DNA of 64,000 bases, taken from assembly GCA_964016885.1 (NCBI GenBank), contig OZ024741.1, positions 218,240,001 to 218,304,000 of the forward strand. The letters run 5' to 3'. A model generated the notes under the pieces. That model saw nothing but the letters and a program-made list of their open reading frames with translations. It searched no databases and was not told the origin of the DNA. The DNA is from Eledone cirrhosa. Taxonomy: Eukaryota. Made by a program: the position numbers and the translations under genes. Below, one piece after another: positions 45,801-58,440 of this stretch (within the stretch, counting starts at the first letter, position 1; the number at the start of each line of letters is the position of its first letter).

Positions 45801-46200
45801 CACCCCACACACACACATAGACACCCCACACACACATAGACACCCCACACACACATAGACACCCCACACACACATAGACACTCCACACACACATAGAAAC
45901 CCCACACACAGATAGACACCCCACACACACGTAGACACCCCCACCACACACATGATAACCCCACACACACATAGACACTCCACACACACATAGACACCCC
46001 ACACACACATAGACACCCCACACACACATAGACACCCCACACACACATAGACACCCCACACACACATAGACACCCCGCACACACATAGACACCCCACACA
46101 CACACTTACACATACACACACACACACTTACAATACACATAGACACACACACACATACACACCCAAACACCCCACATACCACACACACCACACACACACA
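42850..46200. repeat. ~18-21 bp C-rich minisatellite (ACACACACATAGACACCCC)
   Basis: Tandem array. Shares the CACATAGACAC core with the 10-bp satellite. Confidence 0.95.
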
Positions 46201-47712
46201 TAGGTTTAGGCTTAGCTACTTTCATAGGAGGTTTCTTCAGTGCTTTACTCAAAGGGGTCCTGGTCCTATCATGTTATAGCTCTCACTTATGTAGGTTTAG
46301 CTGGCCTGATACGAGGCTATATCTCATAGAGGACCTGGTCCTATCATGTTGTTACAGCTCTCACCTATGTAGGTGTAGCTGCCTTCATAGGAGGTGTTAT
46401 CTCATAGGAGGTTTCTTGGGTGTTCTATCAAGCTGTGGTTGTTACAGCTCACTCCTATGTAGGTATAGCTGCCCTGATACAAGATTGTATCTCATGAGGT
46501 TTCTTGGGTGTTTTAATGATACGGGCCCCGGTCCTATCATTAAAATACGCACGTAAACACACACATGCACACACACATACACGCATACATTCATAAAAAT
46601 ACATATACACGCACACGCGCTCACACACACACATACACAAAAGCGCGCATAAACATTATTACAACTCACACCTGCGCAGGTTTAGATAGTCTCCTACAAG
46701 GTTGTATCTCATAGGAGGTTTCTAAGATGATAAAAGCGCTAGGCATGATTGTTGTTGTTATTACAACTCTTTCGTATACTGGTTTAAATGATCTCCTATT
46801 AGGTCCTATTTTGACTTGCGATCATAATGTTATGGGTTCGATTCCTGGACTGGGTTGTGTGTTGTATTCTCGAGTAAAACACTTCATTTCACATTGCTCC
46901 AGTAATCTTATCTGAGAATTAGTACTAACAATTGCTGAGAATTTAACCCTGTTATGGACTAGTGTCCTGTCCAAGGGGGGTGGTCTTGTACTTTCAGTCG
47001 CTTCCCGCTACAGAAACTGGGATAAACACCGGCTCAATGAGCTTCCGGGCTCTAGACAAGCTTTTGACTATAGGTTGTATCTGATAAGAAGTTTCTTGGG
47101 GGTTTTGATGATAAGGATCCCAGTCCTATCATTTTGTTACAGCTTACACCTATGTAAGTTTATCTGACTCCCTACGCTGTTGTATCTCATTGTAGGTTTC
47201 TTGGGTGTTTTAATGATTGAGGGCCCAGACTTATCATGTGGTTGTTACAGTTAATCCATAGTAGAAGGTTTTGTTGGCCTTATACGAGATTGTATCTCAT
47301 AGGTGGTTTCTTTGTTGTGTTAATGAGAGCGGCCTCTGTCATATCATGCTCACACATATGTAGGTTTAGCGGATCTCCTACGAGGTTATATCTTATAGGA
47401 GGTTTCTAGGATGTTTCAATGATAGGGCTCTCTATTTTATGTTGTTACAGTTCTTGCGTGTGTAGGTTTAGTTGGCCTTCTACAAGATTGTAGCTAATAT
47501 GAGGTTTCTTGGGTGTTTTAATGATAGAGGCCCCAGGGCTATCATATTGTGTTTACAGCTCATGCCTATTTAGATTTAGTTGGTCCTCTGCGAGGTTGTA
47601 GCTAATAGAAGGTTTCTAGAGTGTTTCACTGATTGGGTCCCCAGTCATATAATGTTGTTACAGCTTACACCTATGTAGGTTTAGAAGGCCTCATAAGAGG
47701 TTTCCCAGATGA
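46200..47712. repeat. Degenerate ~105-bp tandem repeat
   Basis: Recurring GTTACAGCTCACACCTATGTAGGTTTAGCTG...ATCTCATAGGAGGTTTCTTGGGTGTTTTAATGATAGGGCCCC, about 11 copies. Confidence 0.85.
46805..47068 (+). mobile_element. tRNA-derived SINE (CORE-like plus V-like segment) inserted in the tandem repeat
   Basis: B box GGTTCGATTCC, then AAACACTTCATTTCACATTGCTCCAGT, then AACCCTGTTATGGACTAGTGTCCTGTCCAAGGGG. Confidence 0.7.
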
Positions 47713-47955
47713 TGATGATTAGAGCCTCAGTTTGCTTTATACAAACTGTGCTACTACCGATATCACCCCAGTCCACCCTCTGCCTACACCCGAAACAATG
47801 GGAAAAGGTTAAACTGAACAAGATGAAAACATTAAACGAAAATCACAAATGTAAAAATGAAAGCCGAAATATTGTTAATCATCACCATTATATATCGGTT
47901 TCTCTCGCCCCCTTCTCTCTCATCTCGATGTCATCAAAAGAGACTCTCTCTCTAT

Positions 47956-47995
<40 letters not shown>

Positions 47996-48785
47996 CCCTC
48001 TCTGATTCTATTTTTCTATGCCACACTCACTCCTCTTTCCCGAAGGGCATCACGAAAAGATACCATGACATCGGATTCTCTCTCTCCTCTCTCACTCAGC
48101 CTTTCTATCTATCTTTACACCCCCTCTTTCTCTCTCCCTCTCTCTCACTCGGCCTTTCTATCTCTCTTTACACCCCCTCTTTCTCTCTCCCTCTCTCTCA
48201 CTCGGCCTTTCTATCTCTCTTTACACCCCCGTCTTTCTCTCTCCCCCAAGGGCATCACAATAAGATATCATCACATTCGATTCTGTCTCTCCACCCCCTC
48301 TCAATCTCTTCCGCCCCTTTCCCTCCCCCCCTTTCTCTAACTAGTCCTCTCTACCTCTCTATCTCTAACTCCCCATCGCCACCATCTCTCTCCAATGTCA
48401 TCACAGTAAGTTGTAATCACATCAACCGCGCGCCAATGTTGAATTGACGTCACGGACGCCAGTTCGGAAATTGTTGGAGAATTCCCCTCCAATACAGTTC
48501 ACTGCTTTTTCTATTTATATATACGATATATATATAGATATATATATATAAATATATATATATATATTAACTTAACGAATAACTAACTGAAAAGGTCAGT
48601 TCATATATATATCGTCTCTGGTATATATGTTACACAATATATATCTATATCTTATCTATATATTATATTATATTTCAATACATGTTGGACATTAACCAAT
48701 ACAACAGCTGATATTCAGAATCACGGATACCACAAAGAGGTTAGTAACGAATTTTTGGATATTTTTGACTAGCGAAATATGTCAA

Positions 48786-49660
48786 TGTATGTGTTTGTAT
48801 GAATGTGTATATACGTGTGTGTGTGTTTATGTGCTTGCATTGTATGTGTATGCATTTGCATGGTATGTATCTCTGTTACTGTGTGTGTGTATGTACCTGA
48901 ATGTATGTGTATGTGTGTATATGTACCTGAATGTATGTGTGTATATGTGTGTATATGTACCTGAATGTATGTCTATCTGTATGTGTATGTGTGTATATGT
49001 ATGTATATGTACCTGAATGGATGTGTATCTGTATGTGTATGTGTGTATATGTGTGTATATGTACCTGAATGTATGTGTATCTGTATGTGCATGTGTGTGT
49101 ATGTATGTATATGTGTGTATAGGTACCTGAATGTATGTGTATCTGTATGTGTATGTGTGTGTATGTGTGTATATTTACCTGAATGTATCTGTATGTGTAT
49201 GTGTGTGTATGTTTGTATATTTACCTGAATGTATCTGTATGTGTATGCGTGTATATGTACCTGAATGTATGTGTATCTGTATGTGCATGTGTGTGTATGT
49301 ATGTATATGTGTGTATATGTACCTGAATGTATATGTATCTGTATGTGTATGTGTGCATATGTGTGTATATGTATGTGTATGTGTATGTGTGTCTACGTAC
49401 ATGAGTGTATGTGTATCTGTATGTGTATGTGTCTACATGTGTGTATATGTACCTGAATGTATGTGTATGTGAATCTGTGTCTGAATATGTGTGTGTGTGT
49501 GTATGTATGCTATCTGTGTGTATCTGTAAGTGAATGTGTGTGTGTATTCGAATGTTTGTATTGTTTGTATGTGTTTGTATGAATGTGTATATACGTGTGT
49601 GCGTGTTTATGTGCTTGCATTGTATGTGTATGCATTCGCATGGTATGTATCTCTGTGTGA
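48786..49660. repeat. TG-rich array punctuated by TACCTGAA, bracketed by ~90-bp direct repeats
   Basis: 48786-48876 is nearly identical to 49566-49656. Confidence 0.8.
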
Positions 49661-49848
49661 GGCAATTCGTGCCTTCGTATGTATGAATGTGTATGTACGT
49701 GTGTGTGTATGTACGTGTGTGAGCGCGCGCGCGTCGTTTGTGCATGTGTGCACGAGCGCGTTGCTGTGTGTGTGTGTAGTCATGGCATTTCAGAATGAGA
49801 AAGTAAGAAGTTACAGAGATTGAGGTGTGTGCGTGTGTGTGTGTGTGC

Positions 49849-49897
<49 letters not shown>

Positions 49898-49950
49898 TAC
49901 ACACACACATATATATGTACATATATATTTGTATATATATATATAAATAT

Positions 49951-49987
<37 letters not shown>

Positions 49988-50160
49988 CACACACACACAC
50001 GTGTGTGTGTGTTTGTGTGTGTGTGTGTGTATGTGCGTGTGTGTGTTGTTTGTATAATGTTTTGCCTAAGTCTGTAAGTGTGTAGTTAAATATATCACTC
50101 AATTTATCTATATGTATACGTGTGATACAGTTTGCTGATATAAATTATGTATATATATAA

Positions 50161-50204
<44 letters not shown>

Positions 50205-50337
50205 TTGTATGTGTATTTGAAAGTATGTTAGTTCTTTTGTAAAACTGCCACAACGCTGGTTAACTCAAAAATAATGGATTTAGTCGGGTAAATTAGCCCT
50301 GGAGACGGCACTAACATCTGCCATATGTCAGACGATT

Positions 50338-50427
<90 letters not shown>

Positions 50428-50463
50428 AGGGTGTTTACTTCAACATCGCTGTATACATTCAAA

Positions 50464-50822
50464 TACCGCATTTCCCGCCGTCGACGACGCTTCCTCTCCC
50501 CATGAAGGACGCACCACAATTTTGACAACCAAAAATTTTAAAAACAATAACAAACACAAAAGCAAGGTCCTGGCACTTCGGGTCTTGTTACCTAATTTTT
50601 CTAATGAGATTTCGTTTACTTACTACTTTAACTAATTTTAATTTATAAACTCCATTGAGAGATCATATACAGGAGTTCAGGTTACTGTTTAGAATATATA
50701 ATTTCCTTGTGGGGTTAGGGTACGCCTAAGAGAAACGCAACCTACGGCCTCCGGGACGCGTGGTAGATTTTCGTGACTAATTTTAGGAAAAAATACCATC
50801 TTCGACGCCGGGAAATACAGTA
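50464..50822. mobile_element. Tc1/mariner/pogo-type MITE
   Basis: TIRs TACCGCATTTCCCGCCGTCGA / TCGACGCCGGGAAATACAGTA with TA ends. Confidence 0.75.
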
Positions 50823-50823
50823 T

Positions 50824-50873
<50 letters not shown>

Positions 50874-50964
50874 CGTGTGTGTGTGTGTATGTGTGTGTAT
50901 GTGTGCGTGTGTGTGTGTGTGTGTGCGTGCGTGCGTGCGTGTGTGCGTGTGCGTGTATATATAT

Positions 50965-51289
50965 ATATATAAAGAAGAAATTAAAAGATGGTTAAAAAAG
51001 TTCCATATATTTTATTATGCGCAAATTCATAAACAACATCATCCTGGGACAAAAATTGTGTTCTCATCAGATAAAATAAGGTAACATGATATGAGGCCTA
51101 AAAACACTTGTGAACAAGAAAGTGTACAGTCAACACTTGTTCACAAGTGTTTTTAGGCCTCATATCATGTTACCTTATTTTATCTGATGAGAACACAATT
51201 TCTGTCCCAGGATGATGTTGTTTTCGAAATGCGCATAATAAAATATATGGAACTTTTTTAACCATCTGTTAATTTCTTCTTTATATATA
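50965..51289. mobile_element. Inverted pair of Penelope-type pseudo-LTR ends (~150-bp-arm palindrome)
   Basis: 50965-51118 is the near-perfect reverse complement of 51136-51289, with a 17-bp spacer. Each arm carries a hammerhead motif and ends in (TA)n. Confidence 0.8.
51176..51245 (+). ncRNA. Type I hammerhead ribozyme
   Basis: TATTTTAT-CTGATGA-G(AACAC...GTTTT)C-GAAA-TGCGCA-TA^ATAAAATA. Perfect 8-bp stem I, intact core, palindromic stem III, predicted cleavage after A51237. Confidence 0.85.
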
Positions 51290-51383
51290 CTCCAGTTCTA
51301 CCAACTGTTGAGTGCTACTTATCTGATATATGCATAGTTTTATTGTTCTACAATATTACTCACCTCCTACACACAAACACACA

Positions 51384-51507
<124 letters not shown>

Positions 51508-52082
51508 GATGGAAAAAATGAAATTTCATTTCTCACTCTTAGTAGGGCTGATACTTAAATGTAAGTATGTATACGTAAATACATATATGTAAACAAACGT
51601 ACACTAGTATGTATATACATACATACACATATATATATATATGTACGTATGGGTTTACCGAACATTTATTATAATGCTCGGTTTGTTTGTAAACAAACAG
51701 CCTGAATTATTAGCCGTACAGTGTTCGGCCACCATCATTTCCCTTTTGTTCAACACTGACAAAGGAACGATGAACTAGTTTCTAGCTTATTAGCTGTCAT
51801 CAGCACCGTATACCTTCCTGTCAGTCGATTGAACGTTTGAAAGTATATTCTTTCCTTATGCATATTAACGGCTGAGCAGCCTAATTTGCATATCGAGTGA
51901 GTTAGTCGGCCGGGCGCACCGAAAACGATAAATGGAAAAAATAAAATTTCATTTCTCACTCTTAGTAGGGCTGATACTTAAATATCAGTATGTATACGTA
52001 CATACATATATGTATACAGACGTACACTAGTATGTATATACATACATGCACACACATATATATGTACGTATGGGTTTACGTA
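51508..52082 (-). mobile_element. Partial tandem pseudo-LTR / retrozyme-like unit (~425-bp period) with hammerhead
   Basis: 51508-51659 is repeated at ~51933-52079, with a hammerhead between the repeats. Flanked by (TA)n. Confidence 0.65.
51767..51809 (-). ncRNA. Minimal type I hammerhead ribozyme
   Basis: Minus strand ACGGTG-CTGATGA-C-AGCT-AATA-AGCT-A-GAAAC-TA-GTT^CATCGT. 6-bp stem I, 4-bp stem II, palindromic AACTAGTT stem III. Confidence 0.8.
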
Positions 52083-52187
52083 TATGTATGCATATATATA
52101 TATATATATATATACTTATATATATATATATATATATATATATCACTCAATTTATCTATCTGTATACAATAAACACATATATACAGA

Positions 52188-52440
52188 CATCATCATCATC
52201 ATCATCATCATCATCGTTTAACGTCTATCTTCCGCGCTAGCATGGGTTAGACGGTTTTGTTCCATTTGAAGCGGGAATGGTCGGGAGACCGTGTCTCGCT
52301 CGTACGTAAGTCTCTCTGGCAGGTTTTCTAACACCAACCACCTTTACAGTGCGGACTGGGAGCCTTTTTACCGTGCCACCTACACGACCACCTTACAGTG
52401 TGGACTGGGTGCTTTTTGTTGTGTCATCGACACTGTGAAC
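52188..52440 (-). mobile_element. SINE with RTE-type 3' end and (ATG)n tail, degenerate
   Basis: (CAT)n-CGTTTAACGTCTATCTTCCGCGCTAGCATGGGTTAGACGG resembles the RTE tail at 58441-58530. Confidence 0.6.
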
Positions 52441-52736
52441 GGAAATGGGGGGATGAGGTAGGGTACGTGGGGCGGGGTGTATATTGGGTTAAGAGGTGCC
52501 TACTGACTAGGTTTGTATGCAAGGGAAAGCATATATATATATATTATGTCTGTATGTATACATATCTCTCTCCCTCTCCCCTCCCTCTCTCTATATATTA
52601 CAGAAGCATTGTTTTCCGAAGGGCATCGGAAAAAACCCATTTTCAAATAAGATACTCAATATGTTAGTAGAGATACATTTATATTTTATATAGAAATGAC
52701 TTCTACAGGACTAGAAAGATTTCATGCATATGGAAT

Positions 52737-52860
<124 letters not shown>

Positions 52861-53381
52861 GAAAGGTATAGAAAACACTGCAGCGAAAAGCGAACAGCAT
52901 TTCATAATATATATATATAATAAAGAGGATAAGGTAAGGAACCAGGTGGACCATAACGCACCAGAGTACTCAATACTTAGGGTGGTAGCTTCGGTCGCTT
53001 CGACTGTTGACTTAGTTCGGATCTAGCTGCAGAAACGACCGGAGGTTAGCCTGACTTTTTTCCTATATATATATATATTTTTTTTTTCCTCAGTTACTCA
53101 CTTCCATATTCCCTTGTCCTGTGTCCCCCCTCCATTCGGTTTATTTACTTCGTTTTTTCCTCTTTCTACTTCTCTCCTCACTATTTTTTTCTTTTCTTAC
53201 TCTCATGGCCTTTTGATCGATAAAAGGCCTTGGGCGCGCTGCTGATCGCTTTTGATGTCCTGTTTTAAGCGCCGAAACATCTATGATCTGCAGTTAACAG
53301 CTGACGAAGCTGTTTCGTCCATATTACCATCTTAAACTTTTTTTACAGTAACCATACAGCTCGCTTCGTTTCTTGTAATTT

Positions 53382-53520
<139 letters not shown>

Positions 53521-54001
53521 GAAATAGAGAGAAAAATATTTTTTTTCGCTTTTTTCTGGGTTAGAAAATGTTTAAAACAAAATATTTTACTTTGTGTGAA
53601 GTATTAAAGTATTAGTTAATTTATTTATTAATTAACAATGGCATTTATTTATTTATTTATATATATGTATTTAATAATTGTCTATTACCGGTTTCAGCAT
53701 TTTATGCATTATCAAATATGCATTATACCAATTTGTATTGGTATAAAATGTTGGAGAGAAAATAATGTTGAACATGTTAAGGAAATGGGAAAGAAAGAAT
53801 AATATTATTTACAAACAAGGTTTTTGAAGTAAAAAGAAAAAAGAAAAAAAAGGGGGTGATGTGGAACATGATAAAGTAATGGGAAAGAAAGAATATTATT
53901 ATTATTCTTGAGGATAAGCAGTTCAAAATGTGTTATTATGGCAAGAGCGCTTGGTTGGTCCATAATTGTTTCTACTTTTTGGCACAATGGAGGCAAATGG
54001 T

Positions 54002-54105
<104 letters not shown>

Positions 54106-54335
54106 CTGGCATTAGCGTACATCTGTGCGCTTATGTTAGTAGATATGTTAAATTATCTATATATATATATATATATAATTAGTAAATTTGTATTCCAATG
54201 TTACTAAGTAGTTGCATTGGATGGAGTCAACCGACGTCAGAGATTGCTCAACGTATAATAAAGTGTGTTTTAAAATCCGGAGAAAATATGGAGAAGAAGT
54301 TTATGAAATGGAAATGCGGGTATACAGAATTTATT

Positions 54336-54453
54336 AAGTAACAATTGTTTCTATAGTGTATGGGTTACCTATACCTCGCTATTTGAATAATATAAAAATA
54401 TTATCATAAACCGAAGGAACACTGTAAGCAAACACACCATGTCGTCAGACCTT
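54336..54453 (-). ncRNA. Type I hammerhead with greatly extended stem II
   Basis: Minus strand AAGGT-CTGACGA-C-ATGGTGTGT-(~70 nt)-ATACACTAT-A-GAAAC-AATT-GTT^ACTT. Confidence 0.7.
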
Positions 54454-54862
54454 TGTATTGGAATGATATGAAAATATTTTATACACTAGATAAAAGAGAA
54501 AGAAGGAGGTAGGAAGAGAAAGGGAAGAGGGAAGTGAGTAAGGTGGAGGGAGTCCTAGGATTTAAGACTGTCAGACTAGTAGAGATTGTAAGGAGAGAAT
54601 GTTTTGGCAGCAGTTAGCTTAATGAGGCGTGTTAGGGTTGGCGGGGGAAGTAAATTCTTCTAGTGGTGTTGTTCGGACAAAATTTAGTTAAAGGGGTCAA
54701 AGTGGTACAGAGTCACAGACAAGTTATTGGGGCTATTATAGTAGCAGGTTATTTCTAAAGGGGTCCAGAAAACAGTGTTTAGTACTATTATTATAGAAAG
54801 CCATATCTTGTGTATAAACATATAAAACAGAAATTTGCAAACGGTGGTGTAAAAAGGTAACA

Positions 54863-56159
54863 TTATATGCATTTAAAAAAAGAAAAAGTCGTTTTCAAAC
54901 GATGGTTACAGTATAGAGAACGTTCAATTTTGCTGTTCAAAAGTTTGTTTACCGACGTTAAAATGCAGTATATCTCCAAATTGCAAAACTTGCAGAATCG
55001 ATGATTTTGCTTATATGCAGGCGCAGCTGCAATAATTTGCCAATCAAGGGAGAATGCTTGATTGTTCCTCCGGAGCTGCCAGGCTTTATCGGCAAGGGTT
55101 GTAACGGAGCGCATTTTCTCGTGCCTGATCGAAGATCGATGTTGGTATAGGCGAGCCTTGAAAGAAGTTGCGGTACATCCGACGTAATACCATTTGTTGG
55201 TTCCGGAATTTATTGTACATCGGTAGACAATATTGAGTGCTAGGCACTGGTTATTCATTGGGCACGTACCTGGTTTGGTGCAGTTACAATTATTTTTATG
55301 TTTTGCAGTAGAATCCTGGATAGTTTGGTGGGGTTGTAGTTGCGTGTTAGTGCGTTGTATGTTGCTATGCTGGTAAGCTGAGTCATTAGGGATGTACTTA
55401 TTTAGTATTGCTGAGTTGAGTTTTTTAATTAGTTGTTCTATGTTAGGAGCAGTGGAGTATGAGAATCTAATGGTGCGCGAGTTAAAGATTTTATAGTATT
55501 TATGTGAAGTTGTAAAGTGTTTGTTGATTAGTGTATAGAATTGTGAGATAATCTTAGTGCTAATAGAAGAATTGTACACGGGGTTATACCATATGTACTC
55601 TCTACGTCTGACTCTATTTGCTGGTTTGCACCTATTAGTATGCCTATTGATGTGTGTGTGTGGTGCAATACTAGTTCGACTTAGATGAGTTTTATTCATA
55701 GTACTTATGTGGTTATCGTCTAGATATTCTATTTTCTCGCAGTAACCAGCTTTTCTAAGTGCGTCATTATAATATTCAGCATGCTCGTTGAAGGTCTGCA
55801 AATTAGACGACAGTCGGGAGATCCTTATGGATATATTTTTAGGGATAGATTTAATAATGGAATGGGGATGGTTCGATTTTACATTAACGTACTTGAGATT
55901 TTCATTAAGTTTGTGAAATGGCTCTATATTACCGTTATTAAGATTGAAGGTAACATCGAAGAAGTTGACCACCTTAAGATTGTGTTCGAAGGTAATATTA
56001 AGCCCTAGTTCTAAGAAAAGTTTCCTAATGTTTTTACGTCGCCTTTCTAGGTTTTGTTTGTTCATATTCTTGACTAATAGAAGTGTATCGTCGCGGTATA
56101 TTCCGCCGTGGAGGTCCGTAAATTCGCTCTGGAGTCTATGGGCTATATAGATCCCAACC

Positions 56160-56160
<1 letters not shown>
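54863..56160 (-). CDS. Penelope-like RT (C-terminal half) plus GIY-YIG endonuclease, N-terminally truncated
   Basis: GIYRDD, VNFFDVTFNL, YVNVKSNHP.SIIKSIP..I..RI..LSS, IWYNP, FSYS..PN, CNCTKPGTCPM..QC, NIVY...YYVGCT..FKAR..QH. About 430 codons without a stop. The ORF-track start at 56245 is read-through of (TA)n. Confidence 0.9.
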
Positions 56161-56204
<44 letters not shown>

Positions 56205-56627
56205 GTAGAATGATCGAGAATCGGAATATCGGCCCACGAAATCACGATAAATAATATCCGACATGTGTGGCAGAGGGCTCAATAATTTGGATAAATCAGA
56301 GCTATAACTATCGTTAAAATACCAACACATAGAGATCATGCCTAAAATCACCCGTGCAGCCGAAAAAGAACGACCAGGAAGATTCGGGTCACTCAAATAA
56401 AATATCAATAAATTAATAAATTAAATGAATGTAAAAAAACTCACCCGGACCCGCTAGAAAGATGTTAAATCTAGCTTCTTGGGTTTCTGCAATTCCTTAA
56501 TCCAATCACTATCAGCCCACATAAAAAATATATAAGACTTCTAGAGAAGGGACGAACGCGGAAAAGCTTCTTCAACGAGTTTCCGTCCAATAATACAGAG
56601 GGGACCTATAGCCAAAAACGCACATGG

Positions 56628-56665
<38 letters not shown>

Positions 56666-56794
56666 AAGAGAGAGAGACTGCCATTTGCCTCCATTATGGA
56701 CCAACCAAGCGCTCTTGCCATAATAACACATTTTGAACTGCTTATCCTCAAGAACTATGCCTGTAAATAATATTATACATTAAATATTATACAT

Positions 56795-56877
<83 letters not shown>

Positions 56878-57059
56878 TTAATGTATAATATTTAATGTAA
56901 GCATACACACACACACACATATTTATATGTGCGTGGTTTTGTATACCTATGGTAAGGTTTTGCGTATGCTTGTGTATGTACGTATCTGTTTGCATGTATG
57001 TATTTATTTGTTTCTATTACTTCTGTATTGTATTATTTACCTTGTTCTTAACTCTGTAG

Positions 57060-57580
57060 CGGAGATTAATTTTAGTCTACGACTTCTGCTATAGTATTTA
57101 CCTGGTTTTGTGTTTGCGTGCTATTGTTCTCCACGCTCCACATATGACTTATTATCTTCGTTTTTTCGTTCATTGCCAGAGAACGTCTCTATGCACCACC
57201 TAAGAGAACATTAGTCTACGACCTCTTTTATACCATAAACGTGGTTCTGTCTTTGCGCGTAATTGTTTTTCACCGCTCCTATTAATGACGTATTATTCGT
57301 TTTTCCCCGTTCTTTGCCAGCGAACGTTACCACGAACCAAAGTATCGTCTTCCTGTCTTCCTCCGGTTGCAACGTTTTTTGAAATATCCAGTTCTGCGTT
57401 TACAGATTGACTTTGTTAGTTTCAGAAGATCCCGTTAAGGGTGAAAGCAGCGATTCTTTGCTTAAACTTTAATCTGTTATTTTAATAAATATTTGCTCTA
57501 CGGTTCTTATATATTTGATATATATTTTCCTTATCGAGCCCTCTTTGGATTTTAGTCTTCAATTTTATTATTATACTATA
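57060..57580 (+). mobile_element. Probable decayed Penelope pseudo-LTR fragment
   Basis: Internal ~140-bp duplication and a hammerhead relic CAGAAGA-T-CCC-GTTAA-GGG-T-GAAA at 57423-57446. Ends in (TA)n. Confidence 0.4.
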
Positions 57581-57849
57581 TATAATATATATATATTAAT
57601 ATATTAGAATTGGTGCTCTGAAATAGCGATGTATATATGAATGTATATATAGTATATTTGGCAATACACTGTATGTTTAATTAAAAGCATTTTGAAGATC
57701 ATACCCTATTGTTTTAAAGTAGTGACTATGTCACTTCTTTATAAATGTTGGATTACTTGAACTCAGAATTTAGAGCTGACATTAAGCAGACGATAAAGAT
57801 GGCACAGAACGGAACAGTGTGGGTTTTTTGTATGAAAAAATGTTTCTAA

Positions 57850-58370
57850 CAAAAAAAAAAAACCTAAAAAAAAATCAGATATTAATTCCCTAAGAGATGG
57901 TGGTGGTGGAGACACCTCCGAGGGTCACTCGTGGAGAAAGTCCACAAAAACCACTGCCCTGGCCGCTAAGGCAACTTTCCTCTCCCTGTTATCCTCCTCC
58001 AATTTGCAGGCAGATACTCAGAGTAGGCCCATTCACTCGGACCATGCTCTCCACCCTCACCAACCATTCAACAAACTATCTGGAAGGCAGCACTTCCCTC
58101 TCTACCCTGATTTTTCTCTTGCAGTGAAACATGACAAACTTTATCAGGGCTTCGCCGAAGAGGAAAATGCTTTTCTTCAACCCTTTCAAACACATCAACC
58201 ACATGACTTCTTTCGCCATGGTCTCCCGGCAGATAAAAACTGCATGTCAGTCCCCTTTAAATGAAGATTGTGGGGGTGATCTTCACAATGGATTCAGTTG
58301 ATTGTACGTGACAAAAGATGTTCGACATAAATCCACAAGTTAGCATTTTTTATTCCCCGATGATTTCATA
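57850..58370 (-). mobile_element. Tx1/L1-like LINE ORF2 3' fragment
   Basis: Minus strand MAKEVMWLMCLKGLKK...ALIKFVMFHCKRKIRVEREVLPSR*FVEWLVRVESMVRVNGPTLSICL. A homologous end lies at 62846-62915. Confidence 0.55.
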
Positions 58371-58440
58371 TGAATGAAACAGTTCTAGTCCTGTAGAAGT
58401 CATTTCTAAATCAAATTATATATATGTGTGTGTGTATACA

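Larger units (their letters stand above)
54178..56160 (-). mobile_element. 5'-truncated Penelope-like retroelement (Naiad-type), inserted in (TA)n
   Basis: ORF with RT C-terminal half and GIY-YIG, ~680-bp 3' region with hammerhead, and (TA)n at both ends. Confidence 0.9.

Noticed and set aside
16985-46197. Cys/Val-rich ORFs (MCVYVSLCES..., up to 765 aa) resembling keratin-associated or metallothionein-like proteins
   Set aside because: By-products of 10-bp and ~19-bp satellites whose periods do not preserve frame
53195-53320. Possible hammerhead (CTGATCG...GCCGAAACATC; CTGACGAAG)
   Set aside because: Core boxes and stems could not be assembled consistently. At most a decayed pLTR relic.
54370-54420. 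SECIS element within the extended hammerhead stem
   Set aside because: The ATGA pairs Watson-Crick with TTCA rather than forming the GA quartet, there is no apical AA, and the ORF has no in-frame TGA
56161-56245. N-terminus of the 460-aa ORF
   Set aside because: Read-through of (TA)n and an unrelated insert. The element is truncated at ~56160.
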